NCBI GenBank assembly: GCA_030949985.1
Contig: JAUZRX010000027.1
Span: 19,536-83,535 of the forward strand
Length of the DNA: 64,000 nt
Reading direction: 5' to 3'
Source of the DNA: Acidobacteriota bacterium
Lineage (GTDB): Bacteria > Acidobacteriota > Polarisedimenticolia > J045
Shown here: in pieces, positions 46,767-55,655 of the stretch
How positions within the stretch are numbered: the first letter of the stretch is position 1
How the letters are laid out: each line of letters opens with the position of its first letter
Translations under genes and position numbers: made by a program
The notes under the pieces: generated by a model
Database searches by the model: none
Told to the model about the DNA's origin: nothing
What the model saw: only the letters and a program-made list of their open reading frames with translations

Positions 46767-47248
46767 GGCTGGGACCTCCTTGTCCCTGGAGCCCCATTCT
46801 GTCGGGGCAGAATGGGCTCGCGAAAAGACCACCGGGCGTCGTCCAAAATCACCTGGGCGCCCAGCATCCGGTCGGGATTGATCACGATCGGCGCCCGCAG
46901 GTTGGCGAACGCATCGTTGTTCTTCGCAAGGGTCACGATCGCCAGGATCAAGGGGCGGCCGCCACCGGCGAGCCCGATTCTGTCCCGGTCCGTGCGTGGA
47001 AGGACAGGGGCATAGCCGGGACAGACGATCCGCGGATCGATCAGGAGCAAGTTGAGCGGCGGGTGGTCCTCGGAGCGCAGCCAGAGAAAGGGCCGGGCAT
47101 CCTCGTGCTCCACCAGCTGCCAGAGCACGGCCCCATCCAGACCGGGCAACGCCTCGGGAAAGCGGATCGTCGCCGGCGCATCCCCGCGGGCAGGGCCCGC
47201 GGCTTGCGAGGGCGTGTTTTCCGGCGTACAGGAAACGGTCGTCATCAC
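46730..47248 (-). CDS. fliW: Flagellar assembly factor FliW (CsrA antagonist)
   Basis: IRFPEALPGL...FLWL.S...NLLLIDP...NLRAPIVINPDRMLGAQVIL. The 3' end overlaps csrA by 37 nt. Confidence 0.85.
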   Translation of the reverse strand: MMTTVSCTPENTPSQAAGPARGDAPATIRFPEALPGLDGAVLWQLVEHEDARPFLWLRSEDHPPLNLLLIDPRIVCPGYAPVLPRTDRDRIGLAGGGRPLILAIVTLAKNNDAFANLRAPIVINPDRMLGAQVILDDARWSFREPILPRQNGAPGTRRSQPCSCSAEKSASR

Positions 47249-47255
47249 AACACCA

Positions 47256-48140
47256 TCAGCTCAGGTAGTCGAAAAAGGAGGGGCCGAAGATCCGGGCGCC
47301 GGCCGCCAGGGTCGCCTGGTAGCCGGTCTGCAGACGCGTCGCGTCGGAGATGGCCTCGGCCATGTCCGCCGACCCCAACTCCGCAGCCCGCTCGGAGATC
47401 TCGAGCTGCTTGTTCTGAATCCTGATGTCCGCCTCTTCCAGAAGCCGTCGACGGGTTCCGATCCGCGCGAGGATAGTGGTGTTCTGCTTGCCTGCATCCC
47501 GGAATTCCTCGACCATGCCCTGGATGGCGTCGGTATCACCGGCCTGGAGGGCCGCCTCGAATCGTTCGAGCAGCTCGAGCGGGCCCGAAACCCCCGAAAC
47601 CCCAAAGAGTTCATCCGCCGTGAAGTTGATCTCGAGGTTCTGACCGTCGAGGGGGATACGGATCGCGGAATCGTTCCCCTGGTAGGCGCCGGTATCGTCG
47701 TAGGGCGGGCGGTCGGTCATCGTTCCCGAGAAGATGTAATTCCCGGAGACCCGGTAGTTCGCCAGGGTACGCACCTGGTTGATCAACCCGGACACCTGCT
47801 CGGCGATCGCGTCGAGGCCGGACTGCTGGTTGGTCTCCGAAGAAGCCTGAAGCGCGTAGGTCAAGCCCCGGTTGAGCACGTCTCCCATCTGGCTGACACC
47901 CTGCTCACTCAGTTCGAGCCATGCACGGCTCTGAGAGATGCCCCGGCGCCGCGCCTCGAGCAACTGGGCATCCTCCTGCAGGCGCATCAACGCCGAGGAG
48001 GCATAGGGATCGTCCGAAGCGTAGCGAATCCGCTTACCCGAGTTCATGCGGTCGAGGGCGTCGAACATGTCCGCCCGCACCCGGCGCAGGTTGCGGAGGA
48101 AATCCTGCTGGGCCTGGCTGTCACTCACACGCAGAGTCAT
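47256..48140 (-). CDS. flgL: Flagellar hook-associated protein 3 (FlgL)
   Basis: Flagellin-like N-terminal (MTLRVSDSQAQQDFLRNLRR) and C-terminal helices (QTGYQATLAAGARI). Position after flgK. Confidence 0.8.
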   Translation of the reverse strand: MTLRVSDSQAQQDFLRNLRRVRADMFDALDRMNSGKRIRYASDDPYASSALMRLQEDAQLLEARRRGISQSRAWLELSEQGVSQMGDVLNRGLTYALQASSETNQQSGLDAIAEQVSGLINQVRTLANYRVSGNYIFSGTMTDRPPYDDTGAYQGNDSAIRIPLDGQNLEINFTADELFGVSGVSGPLELLERFEAALQAGDTDAIQGMVEEFRDAGKQNTTILARIGTRRRLLEEADIRIQNKQLEISERAAELGSADMAEAISDATRLQTGYQATLAAGARIFGPSFFDYLS

Positions 48141-48155
48141 CGTCAGCGCCTCCCT

Positions 48156-49559
48156 CTAGCCGGGTATCAGGTTGAGCGCCGTCTCGGTGACCCGATTGAC
48201 GGTCTGCAGGAAACGGGCGGCAGCCTCGAAGGACTGCTGCCACCGGGCCAGGTTGGCCGCCTCCTCGTCGAGGCTGACGGCGGACACGCTCTGGCGCTTG
48301 AGTTCGAGAGACCCGACGATCACCTCGCTGGCCTCCGTTGCGGCATCCGCCGCGGCCAGGTCACGTCCCACGTTGGCGATCACATCCGCGGCGTAACCGG
48401 TGAAAGTCAGGCCGCTCAGACCCGAGATACCGGCTGTTCGAAGGTCGAGCATCGCCAGCACCGCCACGTTGTTCCCCGGCTCTCCCGCAGCATCCGCCGT
48501 CCCCAACTTGGTGGGATCGTCGAGGATCTCGGCATTGACCCGGATCGCCGCAGCAGCGTTGTCGCCGGGGGGATCCGGCTCGAAGAGGTTGCGACCGGTG
48601 TCGCCCGCCTGGTCATAAGCACCCCGGTGAACGGCGTTGAACTCCTCGATCAGGGTCGCCGCGAGAAGATCGAGTTGCTCGCGGTAGCTCGTCAGGTGCT
48701 CGTCGCGGGCCGCGAGATAGCCCCCGAGGGCCCCTCCCCGGAGCGTATCCGTCAAGTCCACCCGTTCCCCGGAACGGTCGACGAGGATACGCGCCAGGCC
48801 GTCCGCATCACGACCGATCTCGAGAGGGTGGGCCGACGTGCCCGCCAGCAGCGTGTCTCCGCTGCCTTCGAGGAAGACGCTGACCTGGCCGTTGTCCTGC
48901 TCCACGGCGCGCACCGGGATCATCTGCGACAACTCGTCAAGCAGCCGATCGCGCTGGTCCCGAACGTCGGAGGCCTCCTGCCCCCCGGCTTCGAGCCCCG
49001 TCACCTCGAGGTTGAGGCGGGAGAGGCGGCTGAGGACCTCGTTGATCCGATCGACCTGCTCTACGGCCTTGTCATCGGCATTCCGGCGGGACTCACCGAT
49101 GAAACCATCGACCTGCCGAATCGTCGACGCCATGTAAGACGCCGCCGAGACGACGTCTTGTCGAATCGCGGAGTCGTCGGGCTGGATCGCCAGGTTCTCG
49201 AGGGAATCGAAGAACGAGGAGATCGAAGCCCGTAGTGCGGCACTGTCCACCTCGCCCAGGGCGGGCTCCAGGCCACCGAGGACCTCCGCCCGACTGCTGT
49301 CGAATCCGAAGCGCGTGCTCTCCCGCCGCACGGCGAAGTCGAGGAACGGATCCCGGATCCGGTGCAAGGACTCCACGTCGACGCCCATGCCCGCATAGCC
49401 GCCAGGCACGGCAATGGTCGCCATGGTGCCCAGTTCCACCCGTCGCCGGGAAAAGCCGGGTGTGTTGGCGTTCGCCACGTTGTAGCCGGCGATATTCATG
49501 CCCAGGCGGAAAGCCCGCATGGCACTCGTGCCGATGGAGTACTGGTCGAAAACTCCCAT
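48156..49559 (-). CDS. flgK: Flagellar hook-associated protein 1 (FlgK)
   Basis: IGTSAMRAFRLGMNIAGYNVANANTPGFSRRRV N-terminus and EEAANLARWQQSFEAAARFLQTVN C-terminus. Confidence 0.9.
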   Translation of the reverse strand: MGVFDQYSIGTSAMRAFRLGMNIAGYNVANANTPGFSRRRVELGTMATIAVPGGYAGMGVDVESLHRIRDPFLDFAVRRESTRFGFDSSRAEVLGGLEPALGEVDSAALRASISSFFDSLENLAIQPDDSAIRQDVVSAASYMASTIRQVDGFIGESRRNADDKAVEQVDRINEVLSRLSRLNLEVTGLEAGGQEASDVRDQRDRLLDELSQMIPVRAVEQDNGQVSVFLEGSGDTLLAGTSAHPLEIGRDADGLARILVDRSGERVDLTDTLRGGALGGYLAARDEHLTSYREQLDLLAATLIEEFNAVHRGAYDQAGDTGRNLFEPDPPGDNAAAAIRVNAEILDDPTKLGTADAAGEPGNNVAVLAMLDLRTAGISGLSGLTFTGYAADVIANVGRDLAAADAATEASEVIVGSLELKRQSVSAVSLDEEAANLARWQQSFEAAARFLQTVNRVTETALNLIPG

Positions 49560-49561
49560 CT

Positions 49562-50023
49562 TCAGCCCTCCCTCGAGAGTCCGGCACCCTGGATCCTCCA
49601 GGGCGCCGAGCGCCCGTCCGCCAGGTAGGCGCTTCCGAAAAGACCGGCCACGGCGGCCCGGCGAGCCTCCGCCGTGTCAGCGAGACGATCGAGAATCGCG
49701 CCGCCGACAGCACCTTCACGCAACAGACGCTGCAAGGAGAGAGCGAAGGCCTCCCGCGCCCGGCTCACCTCCCGCGTCTCCTCGATACCCTGGACTTCGA
49801 GACGGTTGCGCTCCACCTCGAGCATTTCGAACTGGGTCGCCAGGGTCTGCGCCCGGTCGGCCAGACGGTCGAGGCGCTGGGCGTCGGCATCGGTCAGAGC
49901 CGCGCGGAACGCCTGGGCCAGTTCGGCGAGGCCGTCGAACACCTCTCGCTCACCATCGAGAATGGCGGCGAGGGATTGCGCCGGGTCCTGCCGCCCGACC
50001 GCCGATGTCGCCCCGGATCTCAC
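49562..50023 (-). CDS. flgN: FlgN-like flagellar export chaperone
   Basis: Helical 153-aa protein between flgM and flgK. GTGA overlap with the flgM stop. The assignment rests mainly on position and composition. Confidence 0.5.
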   Translation of the reverse strand: MRSGATSAVGRQDPAQSLAAILDGEREVFDGLAELAQAFRAALTDADAQRLDRLADRAQTLATQFEMLEVERNRLEVQGIEETREVSRAREAFALSLQRLLREGAVGGAILDRLADTAEARRAAVAGLFGSAYLADGRSAPWRIQGAGLSREG

Positions 50024-50349
50024 TGGTCGAGTTCGTCCGTTTCCGCAAGCAGGCCCTCGACGATGCGGGTGCCATCGATGCGGTAACGTCCGCTGGCGAT
50101 CTCCGCCCGAAGTTGCTCGACGAGGTCGCGGCGACTTTCCGGAGAGGACTCCACCGCCTCACGCAGGCTGCGCAATTCCCTGGCCCGGGCGGAGAGATCC
50201 ACCGAATCGCCGGAGGGGGTCACCTCGGAGGGATCGGGGCTTCGCTGGCTCGACCGATCGTCGCTACGCTGGGCGCGATCCGACTCGTCGATCTTCCGCA
50301 GCAGATCTCGAAGCCGGCTGAGGGGATCGGATCCACTGACCTTCATCAC
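50020..50349 (-). CDS. flgM: Anti-sigma-28 factor FlgM
   Basis: C-terminal LRAEIASGRYRIDGTRIVEGLL matches the conserved FlgM sigma-28-binding region. ~109 aa. Confidence 0.7.
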   Translation of the reverse strand: MMKVSGSDPLSRLRDLLRKIDESDRAQRSDDRSSQRSPDPSEVTPSGDSVDLSARARELRSLREAVESSPESRRDLVEQLRAEIASGRYRIDGTRIVEGLLAETDELDQ

Positions 50350-50381
50350 TGTTCCTCCTTGGCCGTATTTTGTCGCACATT

Positions 50382-50411
50382 CGCTACCACGGGCGCTACC
50401 ACGGGGCTACC
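50382..50411. repeat. Tandem 12-mer (CGCTACCACGGG x2 plus partial GCTACC) in the flgJ-flgM spacer
   Basis: Read directly: tCGCTACCACGGGCGCTACCACGGGGCTACCcgcc. The minus strand reads GGTAGCCCCGT GGTAGCGCCCGT GGTAGCGAATGT. Confidence 0.8.
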
Positions 50412-50751
50412 CGCCATACTCATCGGCCGATTCCGGGGTTTCTTGAGCCCCCCACCGAAAAATATCGGACCAACCCGGAGAAGGGTCTCGTAGAGAGCCG
50501 AGGGCCGCAGCCCCCCCCTCCTCGCGCTCGAGTTGCTCGGCGATCTGCTCGGCCAGTCCCAGGGGCTCGCGTTCGGCGAGCATCTCCGAGAGCATCAGCT
50601 CGAAGGCCGCCGCTCGGGTCTTCCCCTCGGCTCCTCCGCCGAAGAGACCGTCCTCGAGTTGGGCCTTTTCCATGGCTCGCAGCATCTGGCGCAGGAGCCC
50701 GGCCTCGAGCCCACGGGCCGCCTTACGGATCGCCTCGTTGCCGCCATCCAT
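50407..50751 (-). CDS. flgJ: Rod-binding protein (FlgJ N-terminal domain only, no muramidase domain)
   Basis: AARGLEAGLLRQMLRAMEKAQ...FELMLSEMLAE pattern of the FlgJ rod-binding domain. 114 aa. Confidence 0.7.
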   Translation of the reverse strand: MDGGNEAIRKAARGLEAGLLRQMLRAMEKAQLEDGLFGGGAEGKTRAAAFELMLSEMLAEREPLGLAEQIAEQLEREEGGAAALGSLRDPSPGWSDIFRWGAQETPESADEYGG

Positions 50752-52022
50752 CAGATCACCACCAGTTCTGCGTGGAGTGCGCCCGCAGCGCGAATCGCCT
50801 GGAAGATGGCGATCATGTCCCGCGGCGTCACCCCCACCTTCTTGAGTGACTTGACCAGCTCTTCCACGCTGGTCCCCGGCCCGAGATCCAGGTGCTGGGC
50901 CGGCTCCTCGTCCACCACCACCTCCCCCTCGGGCACGACGACGGTCTCACCGCCCTGGGAGAAGGGTCCCGGCTGGGAGACGCCGTAGCGCTCAGTCACG
51001 GCGATGGTCAGGTTGCCATGGGTCACCGACACCTGGGAGATCATCACGTTGCCGCCGAGCACCACGGTGCCGGTCCGTTCGTTGAGCACCACCCGGGCGG
51101 GCACATCCGGCCTGACGCCGATCTCGAGGGTATGGGCCAGGAACTCCACCGGCTTGTCCCGCAGGAAATCGGGGATCATCACCTTCACCGTCCCCGCATC
51201 GATGGCGTGGGCGGTCGAGTCGTCGAAGGCCTGGTTGAGAGCCTTCTCGATGCGAAAGGCCGTCTCGAAGTCCGGGGAACGAAGCTGCAACTCGAAGCTG
51301 TCCCGGCCCGCCAGGTCGATGCCCGCCGTGCGCTCCACGAGGGCCCCGGAGGGAATCAGGCCGGTGGTCGGATGGTTCTTCTGAACGCTGCCGCCCCCCC
51401 CGGACGCCGCAAAGGCTCCACCAAGGGAGATCGGACCCTGGGCCAGGGCGTACACCCGCCCGTCCGGCCCCTTGAGGGGGGTCATCAGCAGGGTCCCGCC
51501 GGTGAGCGATTTGGCATCACCGATGGAAGACACCGTGACATCGAGCCGACTGCCCGGACGCGCGAAGGCGGGAAGATCAGCGGTGACCATCACCGCCGCC
51601 GCGTTTCGCACGCGGATCGAGGAAGGGGGGACCACGACCCCCATGCGTTGGAGCGCGTTGGCCAGGCTCTGGATGGTGAACTTGGCCTGGGTCCCGTCTC
51701 CCGTACCCGCCAGGCCGACGACCAGCCCGTAACCGACGAGCTGGTTGTCGCGCACGCCGCGGACGTCCACCACGTCTCTCAAGCGCACCATGCCCCGCTG
51801 AGAGGAGCGGTCCGACGTCGGCGCCACCCGCTCGACCTTCAGTGGAGGGCCGGGCGGCGTGACGGCGGTGCCCGCGGCGAGGGCTGTACCGAGAGCCAGG
51901 ACGAAAGTCACCGGCACCAGGCCCGTACATCGAGAGCCGGAACTGCCATGTCTGGTCTTCACGAGCTGTCGCTCCTTCCCGCAGGTCCCCCCCAGCGGGG
52001 CCCGCTCCGGCCGTCGTATCAC
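50751..52022 (-). CDS. flgI: Flagellar P-ring protein FlgI
   Basis: RLRDVVDVRGVRDNQLVGYGLVVGLAGTGD... ending LHAELVVI. The start is GTG 52022 (GTGA overlap with flgH) or GTG 51962. Confidence 0.9.
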   Translation of the reverse strand: MIRRPERAPLGGTCGKERQLVKTRHGSSGSRCTGLVPVTFVLALGTALAAGTAVTPPGPPLKVERVAPTSDRSSQRGMVRLRDVVDVRGVRDNQLVGYGLVVGLAGTGDGTQAKFTIQSLANALQRMGVVVPPSSIRVRNAAAVMVTADLPAFARPGSRLDVTVSSIGDAKSLTGGTLLMTPLKGPDGRVYALAQGPISLGGAFAASGGGGSVQKNHPTTGLIPSGALVERTAGIDLAGRDSFELQLRSPDFETAFRIEKALNQAFDDSTAHAIDAGTVKVMIPDFLRDKPVEFLAHTLEIGVRPDVPARVVLNERTGTVVLGGNVMISQVSVTHGNLTIAVTERYGVSQPGPFSQGGETVVVPEGEVVVDEEPAQHLDLGPGTSVEELVKSLKKVGVTPRDMIAIFQAIRAAGALHAELVVI

Positions 52023-52738
52023 AGCGGCCAGATCTTCGTCAGCAGCCGATGAAACCAGCCCTGACGGGTGACGTCGGCCAGGTCACCGGTTCCGCCGTAG
52101 TGGATGGTCAGGTCGGCAATGGCCGAAGACTGGATCGTGTTGTCGGAACGCACATCGGCCGGCCGCACGATGCCCGCCAGGGCGATGGTCTGGTTTTCCC
52201 GGTTGACGGTGATCTTCTTCGTGCCGGCGATCAACATCCGCCCCCCGGTCCCCACGGCCATCACCCGCACCGCCAGGTTGGCGGTCAGGGTCTGGGCCCG
52301 GGAGGTCGCCCCTTCGCCCTTGAATTCCTTGGAGGTCCCGGCTTGCAGCGCGAGGGAAGGGTCGAAATCGGGTCCGATCTTGCCCTTGACTTTATTTTCC
52401 CAGCCGAAGAGCACGGGCACCTCGAGCTTGGTCTTCGAGTCCTTCTTGATGTCCGCGTCCGCGCTGCTCCTGCCCAGCGAACTTTCGGTGATTCTCACCG
52501 TGAGGATGTCCCCCACGTGCCGCGCGCGAAAATCCCCGACCAGTTCGGCCGCCGATCCTTCGACGTAGAGTGAACCCTCGGAGAGGCTCCGGGGCTGGAG
52601 CGGAAGCTCCAGCTCCGGCAGATCACCGGCGTAGTTCGTGGGCTCCACCACCTCGCTTCGAGACGCGCAGCCGGAAGCGACCGCAACCAGCAGGAGCAGG
52701 CTCCAAGCCCACGTCCATGCCAACCGATGCACACTCAC
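52019..52738 (-). CDS. flgH: Flagellar L-ring lipoprotein FlgH
   Basis: Lipobox LLLLVAVASGCAS. GDILTVRITE and NTIQSSAIADLTIHYGG motifs. Confidence 0.9.
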   Translation of the reverse strand: MSVHRLAWTWAWSLLLLVAVASGCASRSEVVEPTNYAGDLPELELPLQPRSLSEGSLYVEGSAAELVGDFRARHVGDILTVRITESSLGRSSADADIKKDSKTKLEVPVLFGWENKVKGKIGPDFDPSLALQAGTSKEFKGEGATSRAQTLTANLAVRVMAVGTGGRMLIAGTKKITVNRENQTIALAGIVRPADVRSDNTIQSSAIADLTIHYGGTGDLADVTRQGWFHRLLTKIWPL

Positions 52739-53709
52739 CGCTCTTCCTCCTCCGAACCGAGCAGGGCGACCCTGCCGGGACCGATCACACGCGCGCGAAT
52801 CGTCCGACGCCCATCCTGGGCGATCACGGGAACGATGCTGCCGACCCCCCCCGATCCCCGGGCCCGAGTTTCCATTTCGAGCAACACGCCACCTCGACGA
52901 TAGACGACGGTGACGGTCTGGCCCGACTGGACAGCCCGGGCCTCCTGGACCAGGTTGGCCCGCACCGGCTGGTTCCGGCGCAGGGGGCTGCGGAGCACCT
53001 TGCCCACGATCCTCTCCGGGTCTCGTACCACCGGCGCGCCGCTGACGTATTCCCGCGTTTCGAGGCGCAGGTCCATGGCGCGCAGAGGCTCGCCCCGGGG
53101 AACATCCCGGGCGGCAACCACCATCGGCCCGCGAACCGCGACCCGCGCCTGCAAACCGATGCGCTTGCGCGTTCCGTCGGCGAATACGGCTTCCACCACC
53201 AGGCGCTGGCGACCGCTGTGGGGCTGCCGCGGCAGCGGGCCGGGACGGATCTCGTACTCACCCGGAGGCAGTTGCAGGGACGCCGGGGCCTGGAGGTCGA
53301 GAACTTCCACTTCTCCCCCCGGCAAGCTCGCGCGCAGCGCCTGCTCGAGAACCTGCCGGGCTCGCTCCACATCGAGGCGCTGACCGATGCCCATCAGCCG
53401 TAGCTGAGCGGCGCCTTCCACCACGACGGCCTCGCCGTCCAATCCAGCGGCACCGAGCATCCGGCTGATCGCCGCCCGGGAAACCACGCGCCGCCGACCG
53501 GGTCCCGGCGCGCGCCCCAGGGACAGGTCCGCCACCGACTCCGCCGACGGGCCCTGCAGATCCGCCACCTGCCCGAGCCGCACTTCCTGGTAGGCAGGAA
53601 CCTTCTCGAAGGGACGCACGCGCACGCGAAGCCGGGGCTCTCCATGCTGCGCCGTGGCAGCACCCAGACCCATCAACGCCAGCAGCAGAGGCACGCAGTA
53701 TCGCATCAC
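52735..53709 (-). CDS. flgA: Flagellar P-ring assembly chaperone FlgA
   Basis: Signal peptide. C-terminal SAF-like region LRRNQPVRANLVQEARAVQSGQTVTVVY...GSIVPVIAQDGRRTIRARVIGPGRV. Confidence 0.8.
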   Translation of the reverse strand: MMRYCVPLLLALMGLGAATAQHGEPRLRVRVRPFEKVPAYQEVRLGQVADLQGPSAESVADLSLGRAPGPGRRRVVSRAAISRMLGAAGLDGEAVVVEGAAQLRLMGIGQRLDVERARQVLEQALRASLPGGEVEVLDLQAPASLQLPPGEYEIRPGPLPRQPHSGRQRLVVEAVFADGTRKRIGLQARVAVRGPMVVAARDVPRGEPLRAMDLRLETREYVSGAPVVRDPERIVGKVLRSPLRRNQPVRANLVQEARAVQSGQTVTVVYRRGGVLLEMETRARGSGGVGSIVPVIAQDGRRTIRARVIGPGRVALLGSEEEER

Positions 53710-53713
53710 GGCC

Positions 53714-54499
53714 TCACCGGACGAGTTGCGCGAGCTGCTTGAGCATGTCGTCGGCGGCCCGGATCGAGCGGGAGTTGAGCTCGTAGGCCCGCTGGGCCGA
53801 GATCATGTCCACCAACTCGGTGACGATGTTCACGTTGGAGGTCTCGAGGAACCCCTGGCTGACCTCCCCCAAACCATCCTGACCGGGGGTTCCCAGCACC
53901 GGATCGCCGCTCGCCACGGTGCTGACGAAAAGGTTGTTCCCCACGCTCTGCAGCCCGGCGGGGTTGACGAAGTTCGCCAGTTCGATGTTGCCGACCTGGC
54001 TGACCGTCTCGTCGGCCAGGCGCACACTCACCGTTCCATCGCGACCGATGGTGATGCTCTTGGCATCCTGCGGAATGGTCACGGGAGGATCGAGCTGATA
54101 GCCGAGGGAGTTGACCACATTGCCGTTCTCGTCGACCGAGAAGGAGCCGTCCCGGGTGTAGGACTGGGTCCCATCGGGCCGAATGACCTTGAAGAACCCG
54201 GCCCCCTCGATGACCAGGTCGAGAGGATTGTCCGTGGGCTTGAAGGTACCCTGCTCGAAGATCCGCTTGATCGCCGCGGTACGGGTACCCAGTCCGACCT
54301 GGATCCCGGTGGGCAGATTCGTCGACGCACTCGAGGCGGTGCCGGGGGCATTGAGCGTCTGATAGAGCAGATCCTGGAATTCCGCCCGGGATCTCTTGAA
54401 GCCGGTGGTGTTGACGTTGGCCAGGTTGTTGGCCACCACGTCCATATTGGTCTGCTGGGCGGCCATGCCGGCGGCGGCGGTCCAGAGCGATCTTTCCAT
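53714..54499 (-). CDS. flgG: Flagellar distal rod protein FlgG
   Basis: MERSLWTAAAGMAAQQTNMDVVANNLANVNTTGFKRSRAEFQDLLYQ and C-terminal ISAQRAYELNSRSIRAADDML. Confidence 0.9.
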   Translation of the reverse strand: MERSLWTAAAGMAAQQTNMDVVANNLANVNTTGFKRSRAEFQDLLYQTLNAPGTASSASTNLPTGIQVGLGTRTAAIKRIFEQGTFKPTDNPLDLVIEGAGFFKVIRPDGTQSYTRDGSFSVDENGNVVNSLGYQLDPPVTIPQDAKSITIGRDGTVSVRLADETVSQVGNIELANFVNPAGLQSVGNNLFVSTVASGDPVLGTPGQDGLGEVSQGFLETSNVNIVTELVDMISAQRAYELNSRSIRAADDMLKQLAQLVR

Positions 54500-54530
54500 G
54501 CGCGTACCTCCTGGAGCGTGTGCGGCGGGG

Positions 54531-55268
54531 CTACTTCACCCCACCGAGTTCGAGGGCCTTGCGGGCCACGGTATTGGCGGTGGCCTGAACCACCCGCTGC
54601 TGCATTTCGAACATCCGCTGGGCGGCGACCATCGAGATCAGCTCGGTGGCGGGCTGGACCCCGGAATCCTCGATGAACCCCTGGACCACGCGCACGGACT
54701 CCGGCTCGAGGGGACGGACGGGCCCGAGGGGCCGCCACAAGGTGTCGCCGTCCCGTTCGAGGGTCGACATGGGCGCCGAGGCGATGCCCAGGCGCGCCAC
54801 CACCTCGTCGTTCACCGTCAAGGTCCCGTCAGCCCCGATCTGCAACTCGCCTTCGGGCAGCGTGATCGGCCGGCCCTGATCGTCCAGGACTCTCATGCCG
54901 TGCATGGTGGCCAGGGCTCCATCGGCTGTGCGGGTCAGGCTGCCCGCCCGGGTCAGCCGCTCACCGCCGGGAGTCATCACCCGGAACCACCCCGGCCCTT
55001 CCAATGCCAGATCGAGGGGGTTGCCCGTCGACCGCATCGGGCCCGGTCGCTCGATGCGCCAGTTCCCGCCCAGGGCCACCGAACGGGCCGCCGGCAGGGG
55101 GCCTCCCGCGGAGGCGTCACCCAGCCGTTGGTCCAGGTAGGCCGCGAATAGGGCCCTTTCGGGGGTGTAGGCCGGCGTCTTGGCGTTGGCCAGGTTGTGG
55201 GTCACCACCTCGAGGTTCTTCTCGGCGGCAACCATCCCTGAAGCCCCTGTGTAGAGCTGTGGGAACAT
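54531..55268 (-). CDS. flgF: Flagellar proximal rod protein FlgF
   Basis: LYTGASGMVAAEKNLEVVTHNLANAKTPAY N-terminus and MVAAQRMFEMQQRVV C-terminus. 245 aa. Confidence 0.75.
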   Translation of the reverse strand: MFPQLYTGASGMVAAEKNLEVVTHNLANAKTPAYTPERALFAAYLDQRLGDASAGGPLPAARSVALGGNWRIERPGPMRSTGNPLDLALEGPGWFRVMTPGGERLTRAGSLTRTADGALATMHGMRVLDDQGRPITLPEGELQIGADGTLTVNDEVVARLGIASAPMSTLERDGDTLWRPLGPVRPLEPESVRVVQGFIEDSGVQPATELISMVAAQRMFEMQQRVVQATANTVARKALELGGVK

Positions 55269-55346
55269 CCTCTCCTCGCTTCCCGTTCCGCGCGGCCGGT
55301 CACCGGCCGGAACGGCGTCTCCAACTCGTCAATCCTCTTGTTCTCG

Positions 55347-55652
55347 TCAATCCGCTTGTTGCAAGTTTCGTTCCGTTTCACCGCCGGCCGCCGTGCCGTC
55401 TCCAGAACGGAGGGCGCCACCGACCGCGGCACTTTTTTCCGCCCCGGCGGGAACTTCTTTCCGCCGGATTCTCAGCACGACCTCCGGCACCAGGTGTTCG
55501 ACCTCCACCGTGACCACCTCGCCTTCGCGCACGGGGGCTGCGACCCGGGCGGAGATCCGTTCGCCCCCGAGCCGGAGCAGGATCCGGCGACTGGAGACGA
55601 TGCGCTCCACCACGGCCCTGTACCGGCCGCCCACCTTGAGCGCGGGCAGCAC
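55347..55652 (-). CDS. Hypothetical 101-aa protein embedded in the flagellar operon
   Basis: GTG at 55652, 3 nt after the stop of the previous ORF. LKVGGRYRAVVERIVSSRRILLRLGGERISARVAAPVREGEVVTVEV. No firm family assignment. Confidence 0.5.
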   Translation of the reverse strand: MLPALKVGGRYRAVVERIVSSRRILLRLGGERISARVAAPVREGEVVTVEVEHLVPEVVLRIRRKEVPAGAEKSAAVGGALRSGDGTAAGGETERNLQQAD

Positions 55653-55655
55653 GGC

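Noticed and set aside
47052-49235. 727-aa plus-strand ORF
   Set aside because: Antisense to flgL and flgK, which have canonical flagellar N- and C-terminal helices.
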